Below, one piece after another: positions 1-13,600 of a DNA stretch of 64,000 bases; position 1 is the first letter of the stretch; each line of letters starts with the position of its first letter. The position numbers and the translations under genes were made by a program. The notes beneath the pieces were generated by a model. It saw only the letters and a list, made by a program, of their open reading frames with translations. It was not told the DNA's origin and made no database searches. Where the stretch lies: assembly GCF_009914755.1 (NCBI RefSeq), contig NC_060926.1, one strand, 5' to 3'. The stretch is from the human T2T-CHM13v2.0 reference genome, Homo sapiens.

Positions 1-960
1 TGGTCCCTTTCTGCTGGAGCTTGCAATCTGCTGGGAAAGCCACACGTCAAATAACCTACCTACAAATTCATCATTTCATATTTCAGCAGTGTTACGAAGG
101 GAAGGTGCCAGGTGCTAGGTGGAGGAATAGCAAGAGAACTCATTTAGAATGTGGATCAGGAAGGGCCTTCTGAGGAGGGGATATTTTATCTGAGACCTGA
201 GATGAGAAGACATCAACCAGGGGAAAAATGGAGGAAAAAGTCTTCCAGACAAGAGAACAACAGGGGCAAAGGCCTAGAGATAGGAGAAAGCTTGTCTTGT
301 TCAAAAACGTGACAAGTGGCTGACATGGCAGGAGTGAGACTAGAGGGAGCGGGTGGGACCAGACCATGCACAGCCTTGAGAACCATGGTCAGGAGTTTGA
401 ACTTTATCACGAAGCAGCTGAAAACCTACTGCAGGATTCTAAGCAAGGTGGTAGCATAACCCAGTCAATACCTTAAGAAGATGACCCTGTCTGCTCAGTG
501 GAGGACAGGGTAGGGTTGCAGCATAGGCAGGAGATGATGGAGGCTTAGACGGGGGTAGTGGTGGTAGAGATGGAAAGAAGTGAGGTGAGTGAATCCTGGA
601 CACATCTGGGAGGTGGAATCCATAGGTTCTGGTAGTGGATGGATATGGCAGGTGAGGGAGGGGAACCAAGGGTCACTTGCAGGTTTCTGACATGGTTCAG
701 AGAGGCCTGTGAAAGGGATAAGGAGCCTGGGGGAGGAAGAGATATAGGGGCAAGATGGAGAGCTCAGTTTTGGACATGCTAAGACACAAGTAGCTGTGGT
801 GTTTCCAAGTAGAACATCTTGAAGACAGTCTGGAGCACAGAAGAATGTTCTGGGCATGAGGGCAAATTTAAGAATCAGGGCATATGGTATTCAGAGCCAA
901 AAGGTGAGACTTCCATGGCCTGCATCCCAGTAAAAGTAAAAGGATCATGGATTCATGGAT
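1..960 (-). mobile_element. LINE-2 (L2) fragment(s)
   Basis: Purine-rich L2-antisense texture (ggaagggccttctgaggagggg...gagacctgag); minus-strand ORF 213..410 reads IKFKLLTMVLKAVHGLVP, resembling the L2 ORF2 C-terminus. Boundaries approximate. Confidence 0.75.
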
Positions 961-1949
961 GGTAGAGGAGCTTTGCCACATTCCACAGCATCAGCAGGAG
1001 TGAGGGTGAAAAGGTGCAGGCAGCTGGCTAGAGTCATGGGATCTCAGCCTCCCTGTTTCATCTGAGGCATTAGGTTGACAGACTCGTAGTGAGTCTGTTG
1101 GTGTGAGTGGGAGTCTTAGTGCCTGAGGAGTGGCGGGGAGGAGCCATTGGGTATTTTGAGAGGAAGATGAGGGGTAGCAGAGAGGCTTGAGCAAGGAGGC
1201 AGGGCTGATGAGGATAGAATCAACGGACTGCTGGATCAAAGAGCCAGGCAGCTGACCCTTAAGGGGCTCTGGCAAATGCCATATCAAAAAAAAAGAAAAA
1301 AAAAAAAAAAGAATTGTAACCAGTCTTGCCCTAATTGGAGAGCTCAATAATCTCCTTCTCCTCCCTCTCCCGTTCCCCTTTCTTCATCTTATTGTTTTTT
1401 AAACTAGAGATCAAATTGGCTCTCTGGCCCTGCCACTAGATTGCACCTGAGGAACCCAGACCAAGGGTTTGGCCAAGAAAGCCAAAGGGGAAGAGACTTC
1501 ATGAGATGTGGGAATTGCAGGCAGGGGGTTATAGGGGAGGGAAGAGGTAGGGGCTGGGAAGGGCTGCAGCAGGGGTGAAGCTGTGGCAGCGGACTCAACT
1601 CAGCAGACCATCTCCTTCTAGTCACTCTTCCCTGGAGTGTCCCTTCGACAGGGACAAGGTTTGAATGAGAGGCCCTCAGAGGAAGATGCTCAGGCCCCAG
1701 GCCCAGGGACCTGAGCTGAAATCTGCTGCCTGAGGGAAGTTTGAAAAAGCTTGCCCTGATGGTAACTGTGAAGCTGTGATTACTCAGGGCTCCCGGCAGA
1801 GCTCCTGGCAAAAATCATAGGAAGTGACTGGTATGGTAATTAGTGTGACTGAGAAGTCCAAGTCCTGGTTGAGATCCAGGGTGGGGTTCTTTCCATTGTT
1901 CTGTTTCTCATCTCCTCAGCCACAGCTGGAACCTCTACCAGTCTCTGCA

Positions 1950-2335
1950 GGCTGAGTTTGACCCCAATTCCAGTGTGGCAGGGACCACTAACTGTTGCCC
2001 AATATCTGCTCTCCCCACCTTCTAGGTACATGGGAGGTGGCACTTCTCCATTCCTTAGGAATTAAGAGGGACCATGTGGCTTGCTTTGACTGAAGATATG
2101 TGAGCAGAAGTGTTGTGTGCCCCTCTGGTTAATCAAACTTGCCTGGCCATGCTCAGCTCTCCACCTCTGTCTTGTTGCAGCAGCTGTGTAGGCACCTGCT
2201 GATGTGGAGGGGCCATGTTAAGACATTGCACAGAAGAGCCTGCCAGGAGAGTCACCCAGACCTGCTATGTTAAGTCACTGATACTGAGGGCTATTTGTTA
2301 CCATATCATCACTTTGCTTATGCTGACTGATACCA
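1950..2335. mobile_element. Old MaLR LTR (MLT1-type)
   Basis: MLT1-like segments ccatgtggcttgctttgac...gtgagcagaagtg and ttaagtcactgatactgagggctatttgttacca...ctgactgata. Confidence 0.6.
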
Positions 2336-2744
2336 AACTGACTGCTATGTGGCTTCTGTGGGGCAGAGACGGAAAGTGGATAAAAGATAGAAGAGTTATC
2401 TTCCAGAAGTCTATAACACCCAGGGTTAATAATTTTTCTTTGGAGTTAATTCTGATCTGCAAGAACAAATTAACTAGAAAAGTGACAGTGGGAGGAATTC
2501 TGATGAATAGTGACCATTAGATAGCCAGTGAGATTTCCAAAAACTCTGAGAAAAATAGTCACTCATTAGTTCATGCATTCTGTTGGTTCTTCTACATTTA
2601 TTCATAGGACAGTTGTGAGTGCCGGGCACTATGCTGCAACAGAGGAGATGGAGATTAGAATGGAAGGCCACTGCCTTTGAGAAGGCAAAGCCTAATAGAG
2701 GGCAGAGGCCCTTACAACCCCAGAATCTTGAGACAGATATGGTA

Positions 2745-2998
2745 AGGCTGAGGCAGGAAGATTGCTTGAGCCCAGGAGTTCGAGATCAGCCTGGGCAACA
2801 GAGTGAGACCTCGTCTTTACAAAAAATAAAAAAAATTAGCCAGGTGTGGTGGTGCATACCTGTAGTCCCAGCTACTCAGGAGGCTGAGACAGGAGGATCA
2901 CTTGGGCCTGGAAGGTTGAGGCTGCAGTGAACCAAGCCATGGTTGTGCCACTGCACTCCAGCCTGGGTGAAAGAGCAAGACTCTGTCTCAGAAAAGAA
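2745..2998 (+). mobile_element. Alu, 5'-truncated, AluJ-like
   Basis: ttgcttgagcccaggagttcgag, A-rich linker, aggttgaggctgcagtga...cactgcactccagcctggg, then short A-rich tail. Confidence 0.92.
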
Positions 2999-3173
2999 AC
3001 ACAGAGAGAAGGGGGGTGGGGGCGGGGGGAGAGAGAGAGGCTTCCAGGGAAATCTTGAATGATTTTGATGAAGAAAGGAAAGAAAAAGCTTAAACTGAGA
3101 TGTGAGAGGTGCAGAAACAAAAGGAAGAAAGAGAATCACAGCCCAGGTTGAGAAAACTCCAAGTGGCATTTCT

Positions 3174-3584
3174 GTGTCAGTCGCTCTTATGTTGCTATAA
3201 AGGAATACCTGAGGCTGAGTAACTTATAAAGAAAAGAGGTTTAATTGGCTCATGGTTCTGCAAGCTGCATAGGAAGCATGGTGCCAGCCACTGCTTCTAG
3301 TGAGGCCTCAGGAAACTTCCAATCATGATGGAAGGTGAAGGGAAGCCAGCATGTCCCATGGTGAGAGCGGGAGCAAGAGAGAGAGAAAGGGAGTGGTCTC
3401 CGACCCTTCTAAACAACTAGATCACATGAGAATTAATTGAGCAAGAACTCACCTATTACCAAGGCAATGATACTAAGCCAATCATGAGGGATCTGCCCAC
3501 GACCCAATCACCTCCCCCCAGGCCCCACCTAGGAATCACACTTCAACAGGAAGTTTGGAGGGGACAAACATTGAAATCATATCA
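3174..3584 (-). mobile_element. MaLR solo LTR (MSTA/MSTB-like)
   Basis: gctataaaggaatacctgaggctgagtaacttataaagaaaagaggtttaattggctcatggttctgc ... catatca, the reverse complement of the MST/THE1 LTR. Confidence 0.85.
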
Positions 3585-6500
3585 ATCTCAGTCGCTAATT
3601 CCATGGACATTTACTGAGCATGTACTATGTGCCAGGCATGGTTCTAAATGTTAGGAGGATACAGCGTACACAAGGCAGGCCTGGAGATAATCAGTATTGG
3701 ATATTGATATGAGAAATGTGTAATAAGGGTTATGAGAAAGGGGTTAATACAGAATGAGTGGCTCTGCCTGGGCATTCGGGAAAGGCCTTTATGTGTGCAG
3801 ACTGCAAACGGGTTCACCGTTCACTCATTCATTCATTTAACCTCCTTTTAGGCCCTGTAAGCCTAGAAGGGGGCTGTCTGGGAGGGGCTGTGCCCGCCCT
3901 GACGCAAGGGCCCAGAGTCAGGCTGAACTGGGGCAGGCGTCTCCCCAGGGGGCAGGAGCACTGTAGCTGTGGGAATCTTGCATCCTGGTGACAAGGAGAA
4001 GCCACCAGCCTGAGCTGAGCCACACATTAAGGGACAAAGTGAGGGCTTTGGAAAGAAATGAGTCACATTGTCAGCATCTGAAAAGACAGGAGTCAGGTCG
4101 GAAAGGAGGGCGTAGGGGCCTGAAGAGCTGTTAGGAGCAGGCTCACCACGTCCAGAGCCTTGATGTGGCTGCATACAGGGGAGGGAGTTGCTGACCACAA
4201 TTTTCTGGATCGATTTGGACTAAGAAAATTTTGTCAAATTTTAAAAATCACAAAAATAGACCTATTTTTGCTTAAAAAAAAAAAAAAGAAAGAAAAGGAA
4301 AAACCACTGGAGAGAAGGGTCAGATACTTCTCTAAAATGGGCAGATGTTATTATGTGAGCTTTGGTGAGTACCAGGGAGCATCAACCCTCACCACCCTGT
4401 GCATGAGCAGTGCAAGGTCGTGTCTCAAGGCAGAAAGCAGGGATCCTGACCACTGAGTCTGGATGGTCACCGGGCAGCCGCCGAGAGCTGAGCTTCCCTG
4501 ACTGGGGCCGTGAGACTGCCTGGCTCACACCTTGCGGAGGACTGAGACTCCCCACCCCCATGGCCTTCTGAAACTGCTGCAGACAAGGTTGCTTTCCACA
4601 GGCCCGGCTTCTGGGGGCCCTGGAACCCAGTGCCCAGACTTCTCTTCTCAGGCCAGGGCTATGGGGCTGTCACAGCACTTTTCACATGTGTGTGCGATTT
4701 CTTGGTTTATGTTGGTCTTTTTCTGTCTTTAATTAAATTCCTTTTGGAAAAAATCCATTTCCACAGCACCAAGGGATTAAAAGTTCTCAGTTTTGTTTTT
4801 GATTTTTGTTTTTACTCCATCTGTGCCATGGCTCGGGGCCCTTAGTGACTGACTTTCATGTTGGGGACAGCAGGCACCTGACTGAGCTGTGGGCGAGCAG
4901 GGGAATGGTGTTGAGTGAGGTGACAACTTGAGACCAGACAGGTGGCAAAGCTAATGAAAATTTTGCCCCCTTACTTCCATACACTGACCCTAAATGGCCA
5001 CCCTCTTCAAAAAGGACCAGAGCCCCAAATACACACTGCTGTCAGCCCTGATCCCTCTTTAGTCCCTCCCTCCGAGACCCTCCCCTCTCGTCCTGTGTGG
5101 CCAAGTCCCAGCCTGGACACTCTGTCTTCAAAGGTAAAAAACAAAGCCGGCTTGTTGCTCCATATTTGTCTTGGGAGTGCTTGTTCCTAGGAGAGCCTCC
5201 TGGCCTCCCAGGCCAGGAATAGCACCAGTCTACAAGGCCAGCCTGGCTGCCCTGCCAGCCCTTCTGAATTGCTTGTTTTTATTAAAATTCTTCTGCACGC
5301 GCAATCCCTGATGGTGTGTGGATTTTGGATGAGGCGGTGTGGGGGACCCGGGGAGAGGAAGGCCCTAGGCTTATTGGGCCTGGTGTTTATTTGGCCTGCC
5401 TGTCCAGAGTGATAGAGAATGGAAGTCCATAAAAGTGACCCAGGATTTGTGCCCCAGAGCTCGGCAGGATGTGACACAAGGCCCATGGCAGGCTTGGACT
5501 GGGTCTGGGCTATCAGCCCCCAGATGATATGATACAGAATAGCTCTGGAGAGCTGCAGGAGTGGAAAATGACATGGCTCTGCACTGTTGCACAAATCATA
5601 TGAGAACTGCTCCCTCTCGGCTTCTACCTGCAGGCTCGGGCTTGGCAGCTGTCCCCTGGCCAGATGCAGCATTTTGAAGCAGCCAGGGCCCACTGTGGCA
5701 GCCTCAGCAATATAGAAATGGCCAGGAGCAGAGTTGGGCACCTTGGCTTCCAATTTGTTCTGAGTCTGGTCTGGTCCCAGGCTCTAAACCCAATGCTTTT
5801 CGGGGCTGTGTGTCACCTTCCCAGGCCCACATATTTCTCAGCATTCCTCACCTGGTCTCGGAGGGGGACAGTGCCCCAACTCCAGGGTAGAATCTGTTCT
5901 GTATGGTTGGACTTACACACAGAAATTCTACTACCATCATTCAATTCAATTTACCTGGATATGGATTTCCCTCTTGCCCCACTGATCCCCACTCTCCTGG
6001 GCCTTTAAGTGAGTCATTCTCCTGGGAGGTCTGGGGTAAGACAGGCAGACAATGACAGACAGTGGCATGGGAGCTTCCAGCCGAAGAGTGCACCTTTCAA
6101 CATCACAGCCAAAGGCCTAGATGCATGCTCTCCCTACAGCCTGGGCTCTGGGCCCCTGCTGAGGTGACCACCCCCACAAGACCTACGGGAACGTGGTGGA
6201 GGGTGTAGGGGTGGGGGAGCAGTTTTCAAGTCAGGAAATTGCAAAAGTTCCAGCGTCCGCAGCCAAAGGCTCAGTGTGGAAAATTTCAGGCTCCAAGCAG
6301 GGTTCCAGAGGAGGAGGAAAGGAGCAATGGGGCCAAGATACTTGTCCCCAGCTTCCCAGACCTGGGCCCTCCCCTCACACGCAGGAGGTGTGTCAAGAGC
6401 CCAGGGCAGAACTCTCTAGTAGAAACCTCTGTAGAGTCCAGGGGCTGGCTCACACACCTTCCCGACTGGTCAGAGAGAAAAATGCATACAAAACAATCCT

Positions 6501-6859
6501 AGCTTCCAGGGAATGCTACAAAGGAATCCCAGCCCTCAGTGTTCAGAGGGAAACTGAGGCACAATGAAAGGAATCTGCTGTAGATAAGACCAAAGTTTCA
6601 TCGTAGGGGACTGTCTCACCCACATATCGGGCAAGCGTCACAGTTCCACATAGGAAGGGGTGTATGCTCATGGGGGAAGGTTCAGGGTAGGACTGGTGGT
6701 CTTGGAAGGTCTCCCCTCTCCTCAGATTCTTTCTGGGGACTTGCTTTAGGAAGAGCTGAGGCTCAGGGTAGCCAGAACAATGAAGTGGTGGAATGAATTG
6801 GGGAGTGGGTGCCAGGCATGGAGGCCAAGAGTGTCTGCAGCCCTGCCAGCCAAGACTTC

Positions 6860-7400
6860 CTCACTGCCCGTTCAGCCCCTACTGCCGTGTACCCCCGGTG
6901 GGTCCCTGCTCTGCGGCAGGCATGCTCCAAGTGGCAGGGCTCCCACCTGTCATCAGGAATCACCAGGGCCCCACAGGCAACCCGGTGACCCCGCGTCCTG
7001 GCCAGGACTGTTTGACCGGGCCTAGGGGGAGCCGCCTGCCCGCCGCCACCAGCATCTCCGCCGCCTACTTGGGCCTCCTCGGGGCTCCTGGAGCCGGGCC
7101 GAGAGCGTGCAGCCTGCCGGCTTGCGGCTGGGGATTTCACTCGGAGCCGCTACATTTGGAACCCATTATTTAATCATTAATTTCCTCCTCTCGTCGACCC
7201 CTTCCACCCCGCCTCAGCTCGGCGCCCCCGCCCCAGATTAGATCTCCACGTGGTGCTTTGCAGTGATCCTTGACAGGGCTTCTGTGCTGGGGACGGGAGG
7301 CGGGGAGGGGAGCGGCAGCTGGGGCTGGCCCAGGGCTGCTCGGTAGGTTGGTTGGGAGGGAAGAAAGGGCAGCCCGGAGCCTGGACCTGCAGGGCTGGAG
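6860..7400. promoter_or_regulatory. CpG-rich island-like element (candidate promoter or enhancer)
   Basis: Locally high GC and CpG density; HNF1-like TTTAATCATTAAT at 7169-7181; GC boxes around 7205-7235; E-box CACGTG near 7247. Confidence 0.55.
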
Positions 7401-8094
7401 GGAGAAAAGTATCCAGACCCTGACCCCAGGAACTAGTGGTGTGAGCTGTGCCTGGCTGAAGGTGTAAGAACAGGGACACTGCTCCCTCCCCTCAAAGCTC
7501 AGGGCAGTCCAGCTGACCCAGCCCCGGTGTTTTGAGGTCAAGGGCACCTGAAGCTCCTCTAAGCCTCTATGTCCTGCCGTGGAGCTCCTTGCCCCCATTC
7601 TACCTTGGGGGTGTGTGGGGTGGAGAGAAGGTGAGTGGGGGATGGAGGCCCATTCTGGGTAAGGCTGTAGTCTGTGCCCTCCACTGTCCTTCCACCCCCA
7701 GCCCTGTGCCCATCCAGGTAACGCGGCATGGCTCACCTCAGAGAGCTCCCAGTCAGACCCAGGAGGTTGTAGGGAGCACCTCCTGGCTGAGTGAGTGACC
7801 AGGAGCCTCTATCACACTTTGCAGGACACAAGGGGAGGTGAGGCTGAGGGTGCCCACACTTCCTGCACTCTCTGTCCTCCCACAGACCCTTCATTACATG
7901 CTCCAAGATCAGAGAGCTGAGGGATTCCTGGGTAGGGGCAGCGCTGAGGACACTGTGCACCTGGGTGGGAGGGACAGCACTGGAATCAGGGAATAGGGAA
8001 GGAAAACATGCACTGGTGCCCACTATGGACCCTGCCTGCATGCTGGGCACTTTTCTGACCTTGCTGTGTCGTTGCCAGAAGCAGCAGCCACACT

Positions 8095-8300
8095 GGCTAT
8101 AAGATGTGCTTTTATGTGCCTGACCATGTCCTAAGCCTTTTATATCCCTTACCTCACTGTAACACTCCCAGCAGGCCCAGGGGAGGCACTACTATTATGC
8201 TTACTTTAAAGATGGGGATACTGAGGCTCAGAGATACATGAAGCAGCTCTCAAAATCAGAAGAATCAGGAACAAGATTGAAAGCCTGTGCTCTTCCCAAC
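8095..8300 (-). mobile_element. MIR SINE
   Basis: tactttaaagatggggatactgaggctcagaga MIR core. Confidence 0.7.
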
Positions 8301-9534
8301 ACTTAAGAAGCCTCTAGCTGCAAACCTCATGGTTAGCTGGGCTGGGGTATGAACCCAGGCCCCCTCTGTCATTCCTTACCCCCTATCCCTGGAGAGAGCT
8401 GGCCAGTCACTGGCATATCTCAGTAAGAGATGCTAAAGGGACAGAAATTTCTCTTGCTCACAACTCCACTCACAGCAAAATGCCCTCCCTCATCCCTCCA
8501 TCCTGAAACACCATCTTCTTCCAAGGCCCATCTCAGCCAAGCCCTCCCTGACATCCCCAATCTCTTCCTTGAATTCTTAGCAGCACTTAAAGGCCGAGAT
8601 GCATTTCTTGCCCTTGTTCTGATGTCTCCAGAAGTTTTCTATGGGTGAGACTTTTCTCTCACCAGCCTGGGAGCTCTTGAGAGAAATACCATCATAAAAG
8701 TGCCCCTGGGCCGGGTGAGGACCCAGAGGGCAGGATGCTCAGGTTCCAACTCTGTACCGCATTGCCTCACCGCTGCCCACAGCGGGTGCCACACGGGTAT
8801 GCACAGGCCTGGAATCCAGAGGGCAGGCCTCCCTTTCCTTCATACACTCACTGACCACAGTAGCAGCTGATTGCTGGCTGAACCTGTTGAGAGGCTGTGG
8901 AGAGGCATAGGCTCAGCCACCTCCCACTCCCACTCCTGCTACAGATGCTGAAGCTGGATGCTAACTTCCCATGCGACTGGGATGGGGGCATCTGATCAGG
9001 GCTGGAGACTCCCTGCCTGGACTCTAAACCAAACCCAGGACAGGGAAGAATGATTCTGGTGGTCACTTCAGCATCAGCAGCCTTCAGTTTCGAGGGAGAG
9101 CAGCAGCAGCAGTGCCAGCTGTTGTGCCCAGTGTTCAGAGCTGGTGCATCTCAGAGCCCCTTCTGTGACGTGCTTTGGGCTATGCCCTGGCTTTTCAGCC
9201 TTCCACTACTCTCATCTGTTTTTTTGAGCCTGTCTTTCTACCCTTTTGTGCAATTCTGGGGGACATTGAATAACCTTTCTCTGCCTAAACTGGCCAGACT
9301 AAGTTTCTGTTGCTTATAAATGATGCGGTCTGGATTCTCAGAGTCTTTCTTTACCCACCTCCCACCCATAACTTAGAATCTACTTGGCCTGCAGTCTAGA
9401 TATTCAGAGACAAGATACTAAGCTAATATTCCATTCAGTGTAGATTCCAAAGTCAGACACCTGCTTTTTCCCAGAAGATTCTGGGGAAAAAATTAGAGCA
9501 CATGATATAATAGATGGAAATTGGCCTTGGATTG

Positions 9535-9740
9535 GCCAGAACCCGGATTGAGTCAAAGCCCTACCTTTCACAAGAGATGAAATATTTAACCTCTTTAAGC
9601 CATCACTTTCTTTAATCTGCAAAGTAAATAGAATAAAACCTGCTTCACGTCAGTTGTTGCAAAGGTTAAATGAGATAACTAATAAGCACAAAGCACCTAA
9701 AATGGTTCCTGGTACATAATGGTCACTCAGCATTTATTCA
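9535..9740 (+). mobile_element. MIR SINE
   Basis: atttaacctctttaagcc...atctgcaaag...aggttaaatgagataa...aaagcacctaaaatggttcctggtacataa. Confidence 0.7.
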
Positions 9741-9759
9741 TTCAGCCTGCATTTCCTAA

Positions 9760-10640
9760 TTTCTGGCCGCAATTCTTCACTCCTCTCTACATCTGTGGTC
9801 TTTGCCATGTGAATTTTTCGTTCCTGCTATTAGAGGTGGAGTATACTTTGCTAACCCACAACTCCGTGGGCTCATCTATGTGACTTGCTTTGGCAAAAGG
9901 GATGCCAGCAGATGTGATGCAAGCAGGTACTTGAAATGTGCTTGCACTGTTAAGCTTGACCTCTCAGGATTCTACTCTCATTATGGGAAGAACACGCTCT
10001 GGGTAAATGCTAGTCCTAGGAGGATGAGAGACACATGGGGCAGACTCAGCCTGCAGCTTGGAGCCAACACCAGCTGATCCTCAGATGCAAGAGTGGGAAT
10101 AAGTCATTGTTATTTTAAACCATTGACTTTGGGGATGATTTGTCCCGCAGCACTGTTGAGGCAATTGCTAACTGATACACTCACTACCAAGAAGTCCAAA
10201 GATAAGTAATCCAAGGATGGCATAGTTTGGCCTCCACAATGCTATTAGAGACCCATACTTTCTCTACCATTCTGCTTTGCTATCCTTAGGGTATGAAATA
10301 TGTTATCATTATTGCAAGCTGGTTTCCATACCTCATGAACCTTGAACCTCGTGTCCATGTTCCAGGCACTAATATGGATGAAACGCAAAGTGTCCATGTT
10401 CCAGGCACTAATATGGATGAAAGGGGAAAAGGAACATGTCATTTGAGTTAGCCCCTTTAACAAGCTTGCCCAGGAGCTCCAGCCACCAGATATTTTATCT
10501 CGTTGTCCCACTTGTATTTTATTATCCAGAACACTGTCTTAATGCCATCCTAGCTGCAAGGGATTCTAGAAAGCTGACTATTTTTAAGGAATCTCATGGC
10601 TTCCCTGAACAGCTGTGAGGTTTTGTTAGTAAGGGAGAGG
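9760..10640. mobile_element. Adjacent old MLT1 LTR fragments
   Basis: tgtgacttgctttggc..., ttaaaccattgactttggggatgatttgt...ctaactgataca; second element ends ctagctgcaagggattctagaaagctga. Confidence 0.6.
10351..10422 (+). repeat. Perfect 33-bp direct duplication with a 6-bp spacer
   Basis: gtgtccatgttccaggcactaatatggatgaaa at 10351-10383 and 10390-10422. Confidence 0.95.
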
Positions 10641-13600
10641 AAGAGGATAACTACCTCAGATATATTGAGAACTTCTAATGTGCCAGGGAGCATGCTAAGA
10701 GCTGGGGATGCAGCCGGCCCAAGGCTCCTGGCCTAGTATGAAAGCAATGCGAAAAATGGATGTGCTGTCTTTGCTGCTGTCCTGCAGGAAGGAATGCCTT
10801 GAGCAGGCTCTGTTCTGTTAGGTGTGAAATGGGTGTGGGGAACTTTTGTTTCCATAGCCTCCTGTGTCCCACTTCCCCTTCAGAGTCCCGCGTGCGTGTG
10901 ATATCACAGTGATGGTGGGGCTCCACCTTGGGTGAGTTGGGTGTGGAATGAGTAGACATGGAACATGGAGGGAGGCTTTTCCCTTTCTCTTCCTAGTCAG
11001 CAGCATTCTGGCTGCTGCCTACAGCATGTGCTGTTCAGATATCAGGGAGGACCTCCAAGGGGGCCCACTCAAGTGGAGATCAGGGAGTTTGGAGTTACAC
11101 CTGTGGGTTCCCACGGGCTTCCTGGTGTTGGTAATGAATGGAGCAGACTGAGAAGGGGCCATGCCTTTCAGGATGCCAATTCCACCTCTGGATACACAGT
11201 TTCTCCGAGTGCAGTGTCTTCCTGTCCAGCCTCCACTCTTCTCCTCCCATCTTCCTTTCTCTCCCTTTATCCTAAGCTGGGGCATCCTGTCACTTCCTCC
11301 ATCCACTCAGGGTAGGCTGTGAACTCTAAGAGGTCTATTGCTTTCTATTGAAACAGCCCTTTCCGGAGGCATTGATGCGTCACAGTCCAGCTTAGATGGG
11401 AGAAAGCCATGGGCTGAAAATAAATACTGGGAGGGAAAAATACATCAATGAGGATGCAAAAATCCTATCACCTACATAAATGGTCAGTTTATTTCAATAC
11501 AACATGAGCAATATTGAATGAGAAGCCCAATCTGGCCTGAGGGAAGGGAAGGAGGGCAGAGTCTGAAAGACTCACCAGTTCATCCTTGTTTGTGGGCATC
11601 TGCTCTGTGCCAGGCGCTGTCCTTGGTGCTGGGATGAGAGGTATTAACCAGGTGCGTGTCAGTGGGTACTATCCTGGCAGAGGGGGCAGGCGGTGTGAGG
11701 GCAGGGAGAGTGCAGAATGCTGGGGAAGTTATTAGTGGGGCAGAGTGGGTATGAGAGCACTGGCAAGGTGGGGGTATGGGATGCGGTGTTGCAGGGGTAG
11801 GGGGTGCTGATCAGGGACCTGGCAGAACCTTTGGGGCCATGCCTGATAACTTTTCCTGAGAGCTGAGAGGAACATCAGTGGGTCGTGCTGTGAGGCAAGG
11901 GTGGAATTTGAAGGTAGAACCATGACTCTGGCTGGGGTGTGAGAGAGGGTCTGAGGAGCCTGGAGCACACACAGCATATTGGTTAGGGGGCTTTCTTTGT
12001 CAGGGCTTCCACCCACGCCAGAAGCAGCGGGCATGGAGGGAGGGGAGGGCGAGAGTAACAGCTACCAGCAGCAAAGTAGTGAGTGTGTCTTCTCAGGAAT
12101 AGTTCATGGACAGAGTCCTTCCTCCCTACTGCCCTATTTCCCTTCTTGGGGTGCAGCCCTAATGGCCCTCAGTGGGAGGCTCGGCCAGGCATGGGGACAT
12201 GGGAGTCAGGGTGGAAGAAAAGAGGAGTGGAGCTGTGGGCCAACGTGAGCTCAAGGCTGGAAGGTGAAGAGCTGAGGGTACCAGGCTGGGGAATGGGTTC
12301 AAGCCCTGACTGACCTCCTCCTCCAACCAAACCAGCCCACCACCCCTCCCTCCTACCCCTCACCAAACTTGGAGACCTCTCTGCTCTCTGTGGGACCTTC
12401 AAGGAGACTTAGGGAGCTCTACCCTGATGGGACACCCATGCCCGTGTTCTGACTCCAACCTGGGCTGACCACCCTCCAGCAGCCCACTGTGGGGGACCCA
12501 CCCCCGACTTGCTCTCCCCTGTCTGTCTGAGGCCAGACAGCCCCCCTTCCTCGGCCCCTCAGTCCAGGGCCTCCTGCAGATCCCTGCCCATGGCCTCCAT
12601 CTGGCCTTCAAGGCATCGCTTCATTTTCCTTGGCTGTGGCTTTTTCCTCTTTCCACGTACCTGGTTGGCTTCCAGGATCAGCCGAGGCTCAGACTTGGCT
12701 ACATGGAAATAGAGATAGACACAGTCCCTTTATTATTTAATTTAGTGAAAAAAGAAAGAGGAATTCTTGGCTGGGGTGGTACCTCCCAAATCAGAGCCAG
12801 AAGACCCTACGAAAGACCCTGGGAGCTGGGACAGGAAGTGGCCAATGAGAAGGTCTGTTCTAAGCTCCGGTGTCCTCCCCACTCCCACCTCAGGTCTCCT
12901 CTGGCAGCTCCAGGCCTCCCAGCTCTGCCCTCCACCTCCCACCTTCCAGGCGCTCCTTTGCTCCCACCCCCCAGGGCCACAGCCCCTGCCAAGCCCTGGC
13001 AGTGACACATTGCTCAGCCCCTGCCTGGGGCCTTCCCAGCTCCAGTGACCTCTGGATGCCCCCCCAGGCCCACCACACACTGTGTGCTGTTCCAGCCGAA
13101 ATTCCCTTGCACCGTGGAAAGAGGAAATGAGAGCAGGGGTTGGGGCAAGGGATAGAGGAAAAAAATAAAGTGAGATGGAACTAAGACCTGGAAGAAAGAG
13201 ACAAGTGAAGGAAGAAGGAGGTGAGGATTGGTTGGCTTGGCCAGGGCCAAGGGAACCCTGTCCATGCCTCCTGTGACAGCATCTGGAGGCAGATCCTGTC
13301 TTGGCCTGGGTTTGGGTGAGCCTTCTGCCCTGCCTCTTCTTGAGTGGAAATTGCTATCTATAAGGGCCAGCCAGACTACCTAGGGGCATCTGACCCCCTC
13401 CTCCCCGAAATGTCTGGCCTAGCAGGTCCCCCAGAATGGAGCTCACAGGAGGAGCTCCAGGATAGTGCCCCCCCCAACAATGTCCCAGCGAGCTTGCCAT
13501 CCCCCAGCAATCTTCCTGGGCCCTTCCCCTCTCCCTGAACCCTGCATCAGGGCCTTTGTCACTCCACCGTCCCTTCTGTCCCCTGAAAAGGGCTCTACCT

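Noticed and set aside
3010-3030. G-quadruplex candidate
   Set aside because: Only three G-runs, next to an Alu tail, with no functional context.
5187-5753. 188-aa minus-strand ORF
   Set aside because: No recognisable homology or splice context; this length is plausible by chance in GC-rich DNA.
6763-7736. Overlapping ORFs across the CpG-rich element
   Set aside because: Pro/Ala/Gly/Arg-rich translations on both strands reflect GC content and stop-codon depletion.
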